From assembly GCF_900167395.1 (NCBI RefSeq), contig NZ_FUWK01000017.1, positions 1-32,000 of the forward strand: a stretch of 32,000 nucleotides of DNA. Reading direction: 5' to 3'. Below are positions 1 to 8,585 of this stretch, in pieces; position 1 is the stretch's first letter; every line of letters begins with the position of its first letter. The notes beneath the pieces are model-generated. The model was not told where the DNA came from, ran no database searches, and worked only from the letters and a program-made list of their open reading frames with translations. This DNA is from Nitrosomonas europaea. Its GTDB lineage: Bacteria; Pseudomonadota; Gammaproteobacteria; Burkholderiales; Nitrosomonadaceae. The position numbers and the translations under genes were made by a program.

Positions 1-305
1 CCATCAGGATGGACTTTGACTATCGTACTATCCAGCGACATGTGATCCACTTCCAGCTGTATCAGCTTGTTTTGCTGAAGCGCGAGGAAAACCCGATCCA
101 GGACGCCATTCCTGGCCCAACGGTTGGCGCGCGTGTAAATGCTGTGCCAATTGCCAAATTTCACAGGCAGACCACGCCACTTACAGCCGTGCTCTGCAAC
201 ATACAGAATCGCGTTGAGCACTTCCAAATTCGAGAGTGTGACGTTACCCCGTTGTATCGGCAGTAGATTTTCAATAAGCTTGAATTGCGATGCGGATATT
301 TCCAT
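1..305 (-). CDS. IS5-family (IS427/IS1031-like) transposase, N-terminal part, partial
   Basis: My own minus-strand translation from ATG at 305; this frame is absent from the ORF track because it runs off the window. It reads MEISASQFKLIENLLPIQRGNVTLSNLEVLNAILYVAEHGCKWRGLPVKFGNWHSIYTRANRWARNGVLDRVFLALQQNKLIQLEVDHMSLDSTIVKVHPDG with no stop through position 1. The HGCKWRxLP...FGNWxxIYxRxxRWxxxGV block is the characteristic IS4/IS5 N-terminal domain. LDST begins the DDE domain. Confidence 0.8.
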   Translation of the reverse strand, partial: MEISASQFKLIENLLPIQRGNVTLSNLEVLNAILYVAEHGCKWRGLPVKFGNWHSIYTRANRWARNGVLDRVFLALQQNKLIQLEVDHMSLDSTIVKVHPD

Positions 306-340
306 TCGGTAATTCTAACAGAAATAGTGTTAACAGGCCC
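1..340 (-). mobile_element. IS5-family insertion sequence, partial (continues beyond the left edge of the window)
   Basis: Carries the 5' part of an IS5-family transposase gene (next feature). About 10-35 nt upstream of its ATG, the minus-strand sequence GGGCCTGTTAACACTATTTCTGTTAG (outer end near 340) looks like a terminal inverted repeat. It abuts CTAG/TAG, a typical IS5-group target. The outer boundary is approximate because the other end is not in the window. Confidence 0.7.
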
Positions 341-489
341 TAGTACCTTCAAGCGGGAGGTAGACAATGCGACCGAATTCATCCTATTGTGGGTGAAGGT
401 GGTAGTGCAGTTGCACCCGGCTTGGGTACGATGGTGGGCTGTTCCTGATGCCTCGTCACTGGTGGATAAAGTATCCGGTACGATACCGT

Positions 490-1686
490 TCATTTGGCGA
501 TGGTGATACCGGGGGCACCTGTGCGCGGCAAGTCGGTCACCGTCATCTGAAACAGCAGGTACAGCATCTGAAATGCATCGCGATTCCAGCGGGCCTGCTG
601 CCCTTGGGTATCCACTGCGTAATGCCTGCCATGTGAACGGATTGACAGATCGGTATTCGGCGAGGGGGTATCCGTCACGAGAAGCGCCATCGTGGCAACA
701 GGATTTTCATCACGGGAGACAGGTAGTGTGCGTAGATCTTTTTCTACGTGGTATTCCGGCTCATCGCTCAGTGAACGGCCGAGAGCGCTGATGATTGCGT
801 GAAAACTTCTTAACCGGAAAATACCCTTCATGGGCCATTCTCCCCCCATTCCACCAGGACGGATGTCGAACGCCACATCATTCGGCTCCCATCCTTCCGC
901 CTCTTTGCTCAACTGTGCACGTTCCTTTTCGGACAGGATGCCAGGATCGTAGTTGGTGATGAGGATCGGCCCCTGTTTTTTCTGGTGAAGAATGAACAGA
1001 TCATTCTGCCGATCGTGGTGGACGACGAATTCCTTTGCCAGCGTATGGAAGCCTTCGGCGGATACCGCTGCCGCAGGCAGGGTCCAGTCGTATTCCAGAT
1101 TCAGCGGTTCAGCATAGAGCTGATCCCGATCCTGGATTGCCGACAGATGCAGTACCACCTTGCGAAATGTTTCGTAGCCTGTCATATCGGACGGGGTATT
1201 ACGATAAGTCGTTTGTGATGTCGATTCCTGAATGCGTACCTCCTGCGCCATCAGTCTCAGCAGCAGGTCGATGTCGAAACGCTGGCGCAGTAACAGCATG
1301 AATTTGTTTTGTTGGAAAGGTGTCAGCAGCCGTCTGGTGAATTCTTCACCCTCGATCGGGACGATGCTGATTGTGGGATTTTCCGCCACACTGCCACCAA
1401 ATAGCGGCATCAGTGTTGTTCCGGCCAGCCCACCCAGTGCGGGAGTGGCGCCTGCACTGAAACGAAAATCGAAAGTGGCCGCCACATTTGAGACCCCGGT
1501 GAAATGGATCGGCTGGTGATGGCGGGCACGGGCAATATTCGTCAGCAGTTGTCTGGAAATCGTACTGGTGATGGCATCATCGTAGGCGCTTACCGCGTGA
1601 TGCAGTGTGATCGGTGACAGGCAGCCCGGAAGCGTGGTCAGCAGGCAGGGAAGCAGCCACCATGAATAGGGTTGTGTGTTTTTCAT
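490..1686 (-). CDS. Hypothetical lipoprotein
   Basis: 398-aa ORF. The N-terminus MKNTQPYSWWLLPCLLTTLPGC has a signal peptide plus a lipobox-like LPGC. I recognise no family by eye. Confidence 0.7.
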   Translation of the reverse strand: MKNTQPYSWWLLPCLLTTLPGCLSPITLHHAVSAYDDAITSTISRQLLTNIARARHHQPIHFTGVSNVAATFDFRFSAGATPALGGLAGTTLMPLFGGSVAENPTISIVPIEGEEFTRRLLTPFQQNKFMLLLRQRFDIDLLLRLMAQEVRIQESTSQTTYRNTPSDMTGYETFRKVVLHLSAIQDRDQLYAEPLNLEYDWTLPAAAVSAEGFHTLAKEFVVHHDRQNDLFILHQKKQGPILITNYDPGILSEKERAQLSKEAEGWEPNDVAFDIRPGGMGGEWPMKGIFRLRSFHAIISALGRSLSDEPEYHVEKDLRTLPVSRDENPVATMALLVTDTPSPNTDLSIRSHGRHYAVDTQGQQARWNRDAFQMLYLLFQMTVTDLPRTGAPGITIAK

Positions 1687-1859
1687 TCTGATATCTTTGT
1701 TACGTCCTTATGATTCCAGCCGCTCGAATTTTCTCGCAGATTGGGTGACATTATTATGAAATACATCGATCAGGATAAGTGAGGTGAGGGCGGGGTAAGC
1801 AGGCGAATAAGGCGGATCCATTCGCGGCAGAAGCCGGTTCGTATCCATTTTCTGTTTTG

Positions 1860-2594
1860 TCATGGAATTTTTGCTGCCGGCAGGCGTGACAGAATGATCC
1901 TGGATTTGTTGAGCAATTTCGGTAATGTACGGCGGGTGTCGTAAAAACGCGGGTTTGGGATGATCGATGCCAGCCAGGCCGCCTGTGCGGGTGTGAGTGA
2001 TGCAGCGGATATGCCGAAGTAATGACGGGCGGCTGCCTCGATTCCGAAGATACCATCACCCCATTCGATGATGTTCAGATAGATTTCCAGAATACGACGC
2101 TTGGTCAGAAATTCTTCCAGCATGAGCGTGATGAGGGTTTCCCGGGATTTGCGCCACACAGTTTTTTCAGTGGATAAAAACAGGTTCTTGGCGAGTTGCT
2201 GGCTGATGGTTGATCCGCCGGCTGCCCATTTGCGTTGCTTCAGATTTTTTTTCCAGGCAGTTTCAATCGCCTTGTAATCAAACCCCTGGTGCTGCAGGAA
2301 GCGGGCATCCTCGGCAGCAATGACTGCTCGCTTGAGATGGCTGGAAATCTGTTCATAATCGACCCATTGGTGCTGTAAGCTTGCAGCAGGGTTTTGCTGG
2401 CGCATGATCTTCAGGCGATCCTGCATGAACGCGCTGGTGGTCGGGGAATATGAACGCCAGTAGACAATATGCAGCAGGAACCAGGACTGGTAGAGCAGGG
2501 CGGCTGTCAGGAGCAGCAACAGCGGCCGTAACAGCCAGGTACTGATCAGCCTCGGTTTAGAGGTGGCAGGCCGGCGTGCTTGTGCCAATTTCAC
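1860..2594 (-). CDS. mtgA: Monofunctional biosynthetic peptidoglycan transglycosylase
   Basis: 244 aa with one N-terminal TM segment. Glycosyltransferase-51 motifs RAVIAAEDARFLQHQGFD and GGSTISQQLAKNLF are present, and there is no transpeptidase domain. The start overlaps the aroE stop by 4 nt. Confidence 0.9.
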   Translation of the reverse strand: MKLAQARRPATSKPRLISTWLLRPLLLLLTAALLYQSWFLLHIVYWRSYSPTTSAFMQDRLKIMRQQNPAASLQHQWVDYEQISSHLKRAVIAAEDARFLQHQGFDYKAIETAWKKNLKQRKWAAGGSTISQQLAKNLFLSTEKTVWRKSRETLITLMLEEFLTKRRILEIYLNIIEWGDGIFGIEAAARHYFGISAASLTPAQAAWLASIIPNPRFYDTRRTLPKLLNKSRIILSRLPAAKIP

Positions 2595-3421
2595 GAGGTA
2601 GGGTGGCGCAGATTATCCCTGAGCTGTCTGATGACGGTCTGCGTTTCCGGGCGGATCCCGTGCCATAGCAGAAAGGATTCTGCAGCCTGTTCTACCAGCA
2701 TGCCGGCACCATCTGCCAGATATCCAGCTCCCTGCACCCTGGCAAGCTCCAGAAACGGTGTCAGCCTGCTGCTGTACAGCATGTCGTAGGCAAAAGCGTT
2801 ACGGAACAGATCTGCCGGTACGGGGGGGAGTTCGTTGTGCAGGCTGGCTGAAGTGGCATTGATGATGAGATCGAAATGCTGCCCGGCAAAATCATGGTAA
2901 TGCCCGGTTGTGATATTGCTGTAACTGGCGAATTGGCGTTGTAATGACACTGCTTTATCTGGCGTGCGGTTGGCGATGGCCAGCAGGTCAGGCTGCTGCT
3001 GCAACAGTGGCAGGATGACGCCACTTGCGGCACCACCTGCACCCATCAGCAGAATGCGCTTGCCTGCCAGCGGGAAATTCAGATTAACCTCGATATCACG
3101 TATCAATCCGACACCATCGGTGTTGTCGCCGAGTATTTCTCCTGTTTCTTCAAACCGGAAAGTGTTGACTGCACGTGCAGCACTGGCGCGATCGGTCAGC
3201 CGGCTGGCGAGTGTAAAGGCTTCGAATTTGAAGGGAACAGTGATATTCATGCCTTTGCCGCCGGTTTTCCGGAAATCCAGAACAGTCTGCTCGAACCTGT
3301 CCAGTGGTGCGAGCAGGGCGGTGTAATGGATGATCCGGCCGGTCTGTTGTGCAAACCGGGCATGAATGAAGGGCGATTTGCTGTGCGCAACCGGGTTGCC
3401 GATGACTGCGTAGGTATCCAT
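2591..3421 (-). CDS. aroE: Shikimate 5-dehydrogenase
   Basis: 276 aa. The N-terminus is YAVIGNPVAHSKSPFIHARF and the NADP-binding loop is LLMGAGGAASGV. Overall AroE layout. Confidence 0.9.
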   Translation of the reverse strand: MDTYAVIGNPVAHSKSPFIHARFAQQTGRIIHYTALLAPLDRFEQTVLDFRKTGGKGMNITVPFKFEAFTLASRLTDRASAARAVNTFRFEETGEILGDNTDGVGLIRDIEVNLNFPLAGKRILLMGAGGAASGVILPLLQQQPDLLAIANRTPDKAVSLQRQFASYSNITTGHYHDFAGQHFDLIINATSASLHNELPPVPADLFRNAFAYDMLYSSRLTPFLELARVQGAGYLADGAGMLVEQAAESFLLWHGIRPETQTVIRQLRDNLRHPTS

Positions 3422-3454
3422 TCTGCTTTACCTCAGGTATCCGGAAAAATTGCG

Positions 3455-4369
3455 TTATTCACTCAGTAGTTTATCCGCACGGGAAAATACCCAGGTGCGG
3501 GTGATATGCAGGATGTCGGTATCGCGGCGGATATCGGGCGGGAAAGGTGAAAACCCGTTACGTGCGGCCAGCCGCACTATGTGAATGGCTGCATCATCCA
3601 GTACCTGTACTCCCGAGGAGCGGTCGATCCCGATCGATTCCAGGCTGCCATCGGAGCGGATGCCGACCGTCAGTTGCAGGCTGCCGTACAGCTTTTGTTT
3701 TCTGGCGACGTCCGGGTAATTCAGGTTGCCAATGCGTTCGACCTTGAGCCGCCAGTCTTCCAGATAGCGGGCAAAGCGGTAATCGCGAGTGCGTGCGCCA
3801 ATGAATTTTCGTTTTGGCCGTTTCTGGTAGGCTTCATGGTCTTTCGCGATTTGTGCTTCCAGACGGGCGATTTCGAGGCTGCGCTGCAACAGATTGTCAT
3901 GGTTGTCCGGATTGAGGGCGGCAGGCTGATTCTGTACGGGCTTATCCTGCCCCGGTTTTGTGTGGGGCAGGGGTTGTACGACCTTGGCTTTGCTTTCAGC
4001 TGCAGTCAGCAGTTTTTTGACTTCTTTTTCCAGCTGTCTGGTTTTCCGGGTAACTTCGGACAGGCTTGTCACCGGCTTCACACCTGGCAGAACCGGCAGG
4101 GGGGTTTTCGCTCGCCGATCTTCTGCTACATTCCCGCCGCCATCGAGATTGGCCTGCGCCAGCACTTTGGCATCCACGGGTCTGGTTTGAGATTTGCTGT
4201 TGACCAGAATCACATCCATGGATTTGGCGACCTTGGTCGTTTTCTGTTCAGGCGGGCTGAGTGATACGCCCGCAATGATGGCTGTATGCAAGAGCAGCGA
4301 GATCAGCAGTGCCGGAAAAATCCTGTAGTCGGGCTGCATGGGAGAGTTGAAAACCGCGGTGATTTGCAT
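3455..4369 (-). CDS. TonB-family energy transducer
   Basis: 304 aa with an N-terminal TM (FPALLISLLLHTAIIAGV) and a charged, Pro/Lys-rich linker. The C-terminal TonB domain reads NYPDVARKQKLYGSLQLTVGIRSDGSLESIGIDRSSGVQVLDDAAIHIV. An alternative start is ATG 4339. Confidence 0.8.
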   Translation of the reverse strand: MQITAVFNSPMQPDYRIFPALLISLLLHTAIIAGVSLSPPEQKTTKVAKSMDVILVNSKSQTRPVDAKVLAQANLDGGGNVAEDRRAKTPLPVLPGVKPVTSLSEVTRKTRQLEKEVKKLLTAAESKAKVVQPLPHTKPGQDKPVQNQPAALNPDNHDNLLQRSLEIARLEAQIAKDHEAYQKRPKRKFIGARTRDYRFARYLEDWRLKVERIGNLNYPDVARKQKLYGSLQLTVGIRSDGSLESIGIDRSSGVQVLDDAAIHIVRLAARNGFSPFPPDIRRDTDILHITRTWVFSRADKLLSE

Positions 4370-4375
4370 CGATCA

Positions 4376-6235
4376 TCAGCCTTCACTTTTACCAAGAAAG
4401 CTGGCATTGAGTGATCGATCGATCAGGTCGATCTGTGAGACACCGACGGCCACCAATGTGCCGGGTGCCAGTTCGGGTAACGAGGGTATACGTACGATCA
4501 GCGGCAGGCGGTCCAGTTTGATCATGTTTTCCTTGATGACGATGGCACCGGATGTGCTGATGTTTTCCTGCAGCAGCCAGCGCAGGCACCAGTAGCGTTC
4601 CATGCCGCGCTGGAATTCCGCATAGGTTGCATACGCCATTTCAAAATCGCGCATGGCGATCAGCAGCGTATCATCCTCGCGGGTATAGGGAGGTGGATTG
4701 CCCGATACCAGCGCGATCAACTGGCGCTGGTTGATGAGATCGACATACCGTCGCATGGGTGAACTGCTCCAGGCGTATTGGGATACGCCCAACCCCTGAT
4801 GCGGTGCGGGGGAAAGGCTCATTTTCACCTTGCCGTTTCCCTGGCTGCGATAAATCCCGGCGTAACCGGCATCTGCCAGTTGTTTGCCCCATTCGGCGTT
4901 GGCAAAAATCATCAGTTCCGATACCACTTTATCGATGGGCGCTCCCCGGCGGCGTTCGTAAACCGAAACACGATCCTGATCGATGATAAAACTGTAGTCG
5001 ATCTTTTCGCTGTTGATGTCCTGATCCTTGCCGCGCAATTTTTCCATTTTGCAGGAGAAATTCCAGAGCAATCTCAGCTCATGGGCAAAGGGATAATCCG
5101 TCTGATTCTCGCGCAGCGTGATTTCGTTGAATTGCCGTTCAAGCGAATCGAGGCGCAGATTGGTGGAAACCTCGATGGTTTCGATCCGGCTGAAGGTACG
5201 AGTAACGGTGAAATCATCCGCAACTTCCAGATAGAGCGAGAGTACCGGCCGGTGGTGTGCTTCTCCCAGTGTAAAGTGCTGGATCACGCTTTCCGGCAGC
5301 ATGGTGATTTTACGGCCGGGCAGATAGACGGTGGACAGGCGTTTTGCCGCAAATTTATCGAGCAGGGAGTGCGGTGCCACTCCCAAAGCAGGGGTGGCAA
5401 TGTGTATTCCGATCCGGAAGCTGCCGAAGTTCAGCGGGGTGACTGAAAAGGCATCATCGATTTCAGTCGTGGTGGCATCGTCGATGCTGAATGCCTTGAC
5501 GCCGGCCACTGGCAAATCTTCCGGGTCCAAGAGGTGAAAGTCGGCAGGGTATGCGTCTGTGTCGATACCTTCCGGGAAGTGTTCGTACAAAAACTGGTTA
5601 TAGTGGTAATCATGCGTTGAGGGAATGGCACCGCATCGTTCCAGCAGCCTGGGCACGCTCAACCGGGTAGCGTCGCACGCGGTTTCCAGTGCTTTCCATT
5701 CGATCGTGTTTTTGTCCGGTTTGTACAACAGGTCATCGAGCAGCGGCCGGAAGGTATCGGGCAGTTCGAATGCCATCAATTGCTGCACGTAACCGGCCTG
5801 TTTTTCCTCGGCCAGTCGTTTTTTTTCACGGCTGGCAAGCGCAGCCTGCAGAATTTCCGGCGGGGCCGCCTTGAAACGCCCCACTCCTTTCTTATGAAAA
5901 TAAATCGGATTCTGGCTGAGCAGAATCAGGATGGCGGCAGTTTCGAGAGGATCAGGCGTGTGGCCGAAATAATCACCAGCCAGCTCCTGTCCGGTGAATT
6001 CCCGGTTCTCTTCGCAGCACTCCCATAGAAAATTCACGTCGATGTCGGCCGCTTTTTCCTGCGCCTGCTGCATGAATCCATGCATGGGCGGGTTCTCGAA
6101 GCGTAACAGAACCAATGCGGCCTTGATCTTGGAGCGCTTTCCATGTGCAGATTCGATCTGCAGAGAGGTCGTATTGTCGGTCAGAATGCTGCCGACCTTG
6201 AGCGCACCTGCTTCCTCGTAAAAAACGTTTACCAA
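4376..6235 (-). CDS. RNase II family 3'-5' exoribonuclease (RNB domain protein)
   Basis: RNB catalytic motif FSIDDATTTEIDDAFSV. The track ORF extends to TTG 6343, but that extension overlaps the enolase-like fragment in another frame. TTG 6235 is preceded by GAGG 6 nt upstream and gives an N-terminus (M)VNVFYEEAGALKVGS. I consider that the likelier start, but it is not certain. Confidence 0.8.
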   Translation of the reverse strand: MVNVFYEEAGALKVGSILTDNTTSLQIESAHGKRSKIKAALVLLRFENPPMHGFMQQAQEKAADIDVNFLWECCEENREFTGQELAGDYFGHTPDPLETAAILILLSQNPIYFHKKGVGRFKAAPPEILQAALASREKKRLAEEKQAGYVQQLMAFELPDTFRPLLDDLLYKPDKNTIEWKALETACDATRLSVPRLLERCGAIPSTHDYHYNQFLYEHFPEGIDTDAYPADFHLLDPEDLPVAGVKAFSIDDATTTEIDDAFSVTPLNFGSFRIGIHIATPALGVAPHSLLDKFAAKRLSTVYLPGRKITMLPESVIQHFTLGEAHHRPVLSLYLEVADDFTVTRTFSRIETIEVSTNLRLDSLERQFNEITLRENQTDYPFAHELRLLWNFSCKMEKLRGKDQDINSEKIDYSFIIDQDRVSVYERRRGAPIDKVVSELMIFANAEWGKQLADAGYAGIYRSQGNGKVKMSLSPAPHQGLGVSQYAWSSSPMRRYVDLINQRQLIALVSGNPPPYTREDDTLLIAMRDFEMAYATYAEFQRGMERYWCLRWLLQENISTSGAIVIKENMIKLDRLPLIVRIPSLPELAPGTLVAVGVSQIDLIDRSLNASFLGKSEG

Positions 6236-6248
6236 ATCAACCCTCGGC

Positions 6249-6410
6249 TTAACCCAGAAAAGCGTGTGAAAAAATGTTTTCCAGACCGTATAGCACCGTG
6301 GTATGCCTTGTTGCGTCACCTTCCAGTTGAACGTCAACCTCAATAGTGGGATTGCCGTGCGAGTCTAGGATTTCACGCGTATGGAGGGTTTGAGTACTAG
6401 ACGTCGTCAT
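6249..6410 (-). pseudogene. eno: Enolase 5' gene fragment: about the first 31 codons are enolase-like, followed by unrelated codons and a stop
   Basis: My translation from ATG 6410 (GGAG 6 nt upstream) reads MTTSSTQTLHTREILDSHGNPTIEVDVQLEGDATRHTTVLYGLENIFSHAFLG*. REILDS(R)GNPT(I/V)EVDV is the near-invariant enolase N-terminal signature; here the conserved Arg is His. The expected continuation G.A.VPSGASTG is absent in all three frames. At 53 aa it falls below the ORF-track cutoff. Confidence 0.65.
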
Positions 6411-6970
6411 TGGAGTCTCCGTCTTGGTCGGTGTCTATCTGCATCGGACATTTTGGTCATTCGCTCGAAACAATCGGGCTGACAATGCTAAAGGATGTAA
6501 ACACGAACGCCTACAGCCCTAACGAAGGTCAGGTCCTGTAGGCGTCATCAGCAGCGCTAAACGGCTGCGGTTTCTTCAAAAGGAGGAACACCATCTCCTT
6601 ATCTTCACTATACACAAGTCCTAAATAGCGGTCGAGATCATTTCAATGTGAACCACTCAACGGGACAATAGTAAAACACAATGTAAATTATGTTACGGTA
6701 ATTTTATTAAATTTGTTCAAATGGAGAAGGCTCAAAGCTGGCTGTTGCTCACGTACGAGATGCCGGTCGAGTTTTCCGGCACGCCTGTGCTGTGTAATAT
6801 CCGTTTCATAACTTTTCCTGCGTTGGTAGCGCACCATACCAATATACCTTCAGTGGGGCTAAATATCGTACCACCCGGGGGCGACAGGAAAATACGCCGT
6901 TCATGGTAACATAATGTACCGTCAGCAAAAAACAAGGGTTGCAGGGATGGTGGTATCAACCTGCTTCATG

Positions 6971-6993
6971 CCGGCTCAGCCGGGGGTTTTTTG
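6971..6993 (+). terminator. Possible intrinsic terminator 75 nt upstream of gltX
   Basis: CCGGC-TCA-GCCGG (an all-GC 5-bp stem) is followed by GGGTTTTTTG. The stem is short, so this is tentative. Confidence 0.3.
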
Positions 6994-7067
6994 CCTGCAC
7001 GTATCCACCGGGATTCCCGGAGACAGATACGACCGCGTATCACAACTTCCAACTTTAGTGTAATCAG

Positions 7068-8459
7068 ATGGTAAAAACACGCTTTGCCCCCAGTCCTACC
7101 GGCTATCTTCATATCGGTGGTGCGCGTACTGCCCTTTTTTCCTGGGCGTTTGCCCGAAAACAGGGAGGGAAATTCGTTCTGAGAATCGAAGATACTGACC
7201 TTGAACGTTCGACGCAGCAATCCGTACAGGCGATTCTCGATGGAATGGCCTGGCTGGGACTCGATTATGATGAAGGGCCGTATTACCAGATGCAGCGGTT
7301 GAATCGTTATCAGGAAGTGGCAGAGCAATTGCTTACCCAGGGCCTTGCCTATCAGTGCTATGCCAGCAGAGAAGAGCTGGATGCATTGCGTGAGCAGCAG
7401 CGCCTGGCCGGGTTGAAACCGCGTTACGACGGTCGCTGGCGCGACAGCAGACAAACTCCTCCGGCGGGTGTCAAGCCGGTCGTGCGGTTGAAAACACCCC
7501 AGCATGGGTATGTAGTATTCGATGATCTGGTGAAAGGTAAAATCAGCGTCGCCAACCACGAGCTGGATGATCTGGTACTGCTGAGGAGTGATGGTACGCC
7601 CACCTATAATTTCGGTGTGGTGCTCGATGATCTCGACATGGGAATCACGCATGTCATCCGCGGTGACGATCATGTCAACAATACTCCCCGTCAGATCAAC
7701 ATTCTCAAGGCGCTGGGTGCAGCCATCCCACAGTATGCGCATGTGCCGATGATCCTGGGTGCGGATGGTGAACGGCTTTCCAAACGGCACGGTGCGGTAT
7801 CGGTGATGCATTACCGCGATCAGGGCTATCTGCCGGAAGCACTGATCAATTATCTGGCACGACTCGGCTGGTCACACGGGGATGAGGAAATTTTCAGCCG
7901 GGAGCAGTTGGTCGAATGGTTTGATCTGGCTGCGATCAGTCGTTCACCGGCGAAGTTTAATCCCGAGAAACTGACGTGGTTGAACCAGCATTACCTGAAA
8001 ATGGCTGATGATGCGCGGCTGGTGGAGCTGGTCATGCCTTTTCTGTTGGAGAGAAACTACCCTCTGCCAGCGACAGAGAACTTGCTCAAGATCGTCAATC
8101 TGCTGAAAGATCGTGCCAGCACTATCGAAGAACTGGCCGATGCATCCGCTTATTTTTTCCGGACGATCGAGCCTCCTGAAGAACTCAGGACGCAGTATTT
8201 CACTGCCGAAATACGTCCGGTGCTGGAATACCTGGTCGATCGCCTCGCACAGATCGAATGGAAGCGGGAGACCATTCATCACGAAATCAAACAAACGGTT
8301 TCTTCACACAATCTGAAATTTCCCAGCCTGGCGATGCCGTTACGTGTCATGGTCACAGGAGAAGCGCAAACCCCGGCAATCGATGCAGTGCTGGAGCTGC
8401 TTGGCAAAGAGGAGACATTGCATCGTTTGCGAGGCCGGATGGAAATTTTTCCTGGATGA
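7068..8459 (+). CDS. gltX: Glutamate--tRNA ligase
   Basis: 463 aa. HIGH motif [15 protein letters not shown] and KMSKS-type motif RLSKRHG. Class I GluRS layout. Confidence 0.95.
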   Translation: MVKTRFAPSPTGYLHIGGARTALFSWAFARKQGGKFVLRIEDTDLERSTQQSVQAILDGMAWLGLDYDEGPYYQMQRLNRYQEVAEQLLTQGLAYQCYASREELDALREQQRLAGLKPRYDGRWRDSRQTPPAGVKPVVRLKTPQHGYVVFDDLVKGKISVANHELDDLVLLRSDGTPTYNFGVVLDDLDMGITHVIRGDDHVNNTPRQINILKALGAAIPQYAHVPMILGADGERLSKRHGAVSVMHYRDQGYLPEALINYLARLGWSHGDEEIFSREQLVEWFDLAAISRSPAKFNPEKLTWLNQHYLKMADDARLVELVMPFLLERNYPLPATENLLKIVNLLKDRASTIEELADASAYFFRTIEPPEELRTQYFTAEIRPVLEYLVDRLAQIEWKRETIHHEIKQTVSSHNLKFPSLAMPLRVMVTGEAQTPAIDAVLELLGKEETLHRLRGRMEIFPG

Positions 8460-8523
8460 CATTCCTGATCTCTGGTTGCCTGGGGCCGAGTACACAATGG
8501 AATACATAAAGTACCAGATGGCT

Positions 8524-8552
8524 ATCCTTTACAAGGATAAGGCTGCTTTTTT
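8524..8552 (+). terminator. Possible gltX terminator
   Basis: ATCCTT-TAC-AAGGAT hairpin followed within 8 nt by GCTGCTTTTTT. The stem is AT-rich and weak. Confidence 0.3.
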
Positions 8553-8585
8553 ACTGACTGAACAATTTCAATTGCCGAATCTGTT

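Noticed and set aside
9-493. Track ORFs 9-266 (plus strand) and 161-493 (minus strand)
   Set aside because: Both are in the wrong frame or strand relative to the IS5-family transposase reading frame that starts at 305 on the minus strand.
1836-1846. GGTTCGTATCC, resembling a tRNA T-loop
   Set aside because: The flanking bases cannot form a T-stem or an acceptor stem, so there is no tRNA.
3581-4264. 227-aa plus-strand ORF
   Set aside because: It is antisense to the TonB-family gene and is a shadow of its repetitive linker region.
6526-6536. AGGTCAGGTCC, an 11-mer identical to the conserved 5' side of SRP (4.5S) RNA domain IV
   Set aside because: The following GNRA tetraloop and the GGAAGCAGCC 3' side are absent. 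The motif sits in the loop of a different hairpin (6509-6543), and the flanks do not form the SRP closing helix.
6411-7067. Looked for tmRNA, 6S RNA, RNase P RNA and common riboswitch signatures
   Set aside because: There is no tRNA-like acceptor/T-arm end, no tag ORF ending in LAA, no GAGGAAAGTCCGGGC and no B12, TPP or SAM boxes. Partial resemblances (for example AACAAGGGTTGCAGGG to the 6S 3' region) are too short to support a call.
6966-7811. 281-aa ORF on the minus strand
   Set aside because: It is entirely antisense to the well-supported gltX gene, has no recognisable motifs and has a low-complexity Arg/His-rich composition typical of shadow ORFs.
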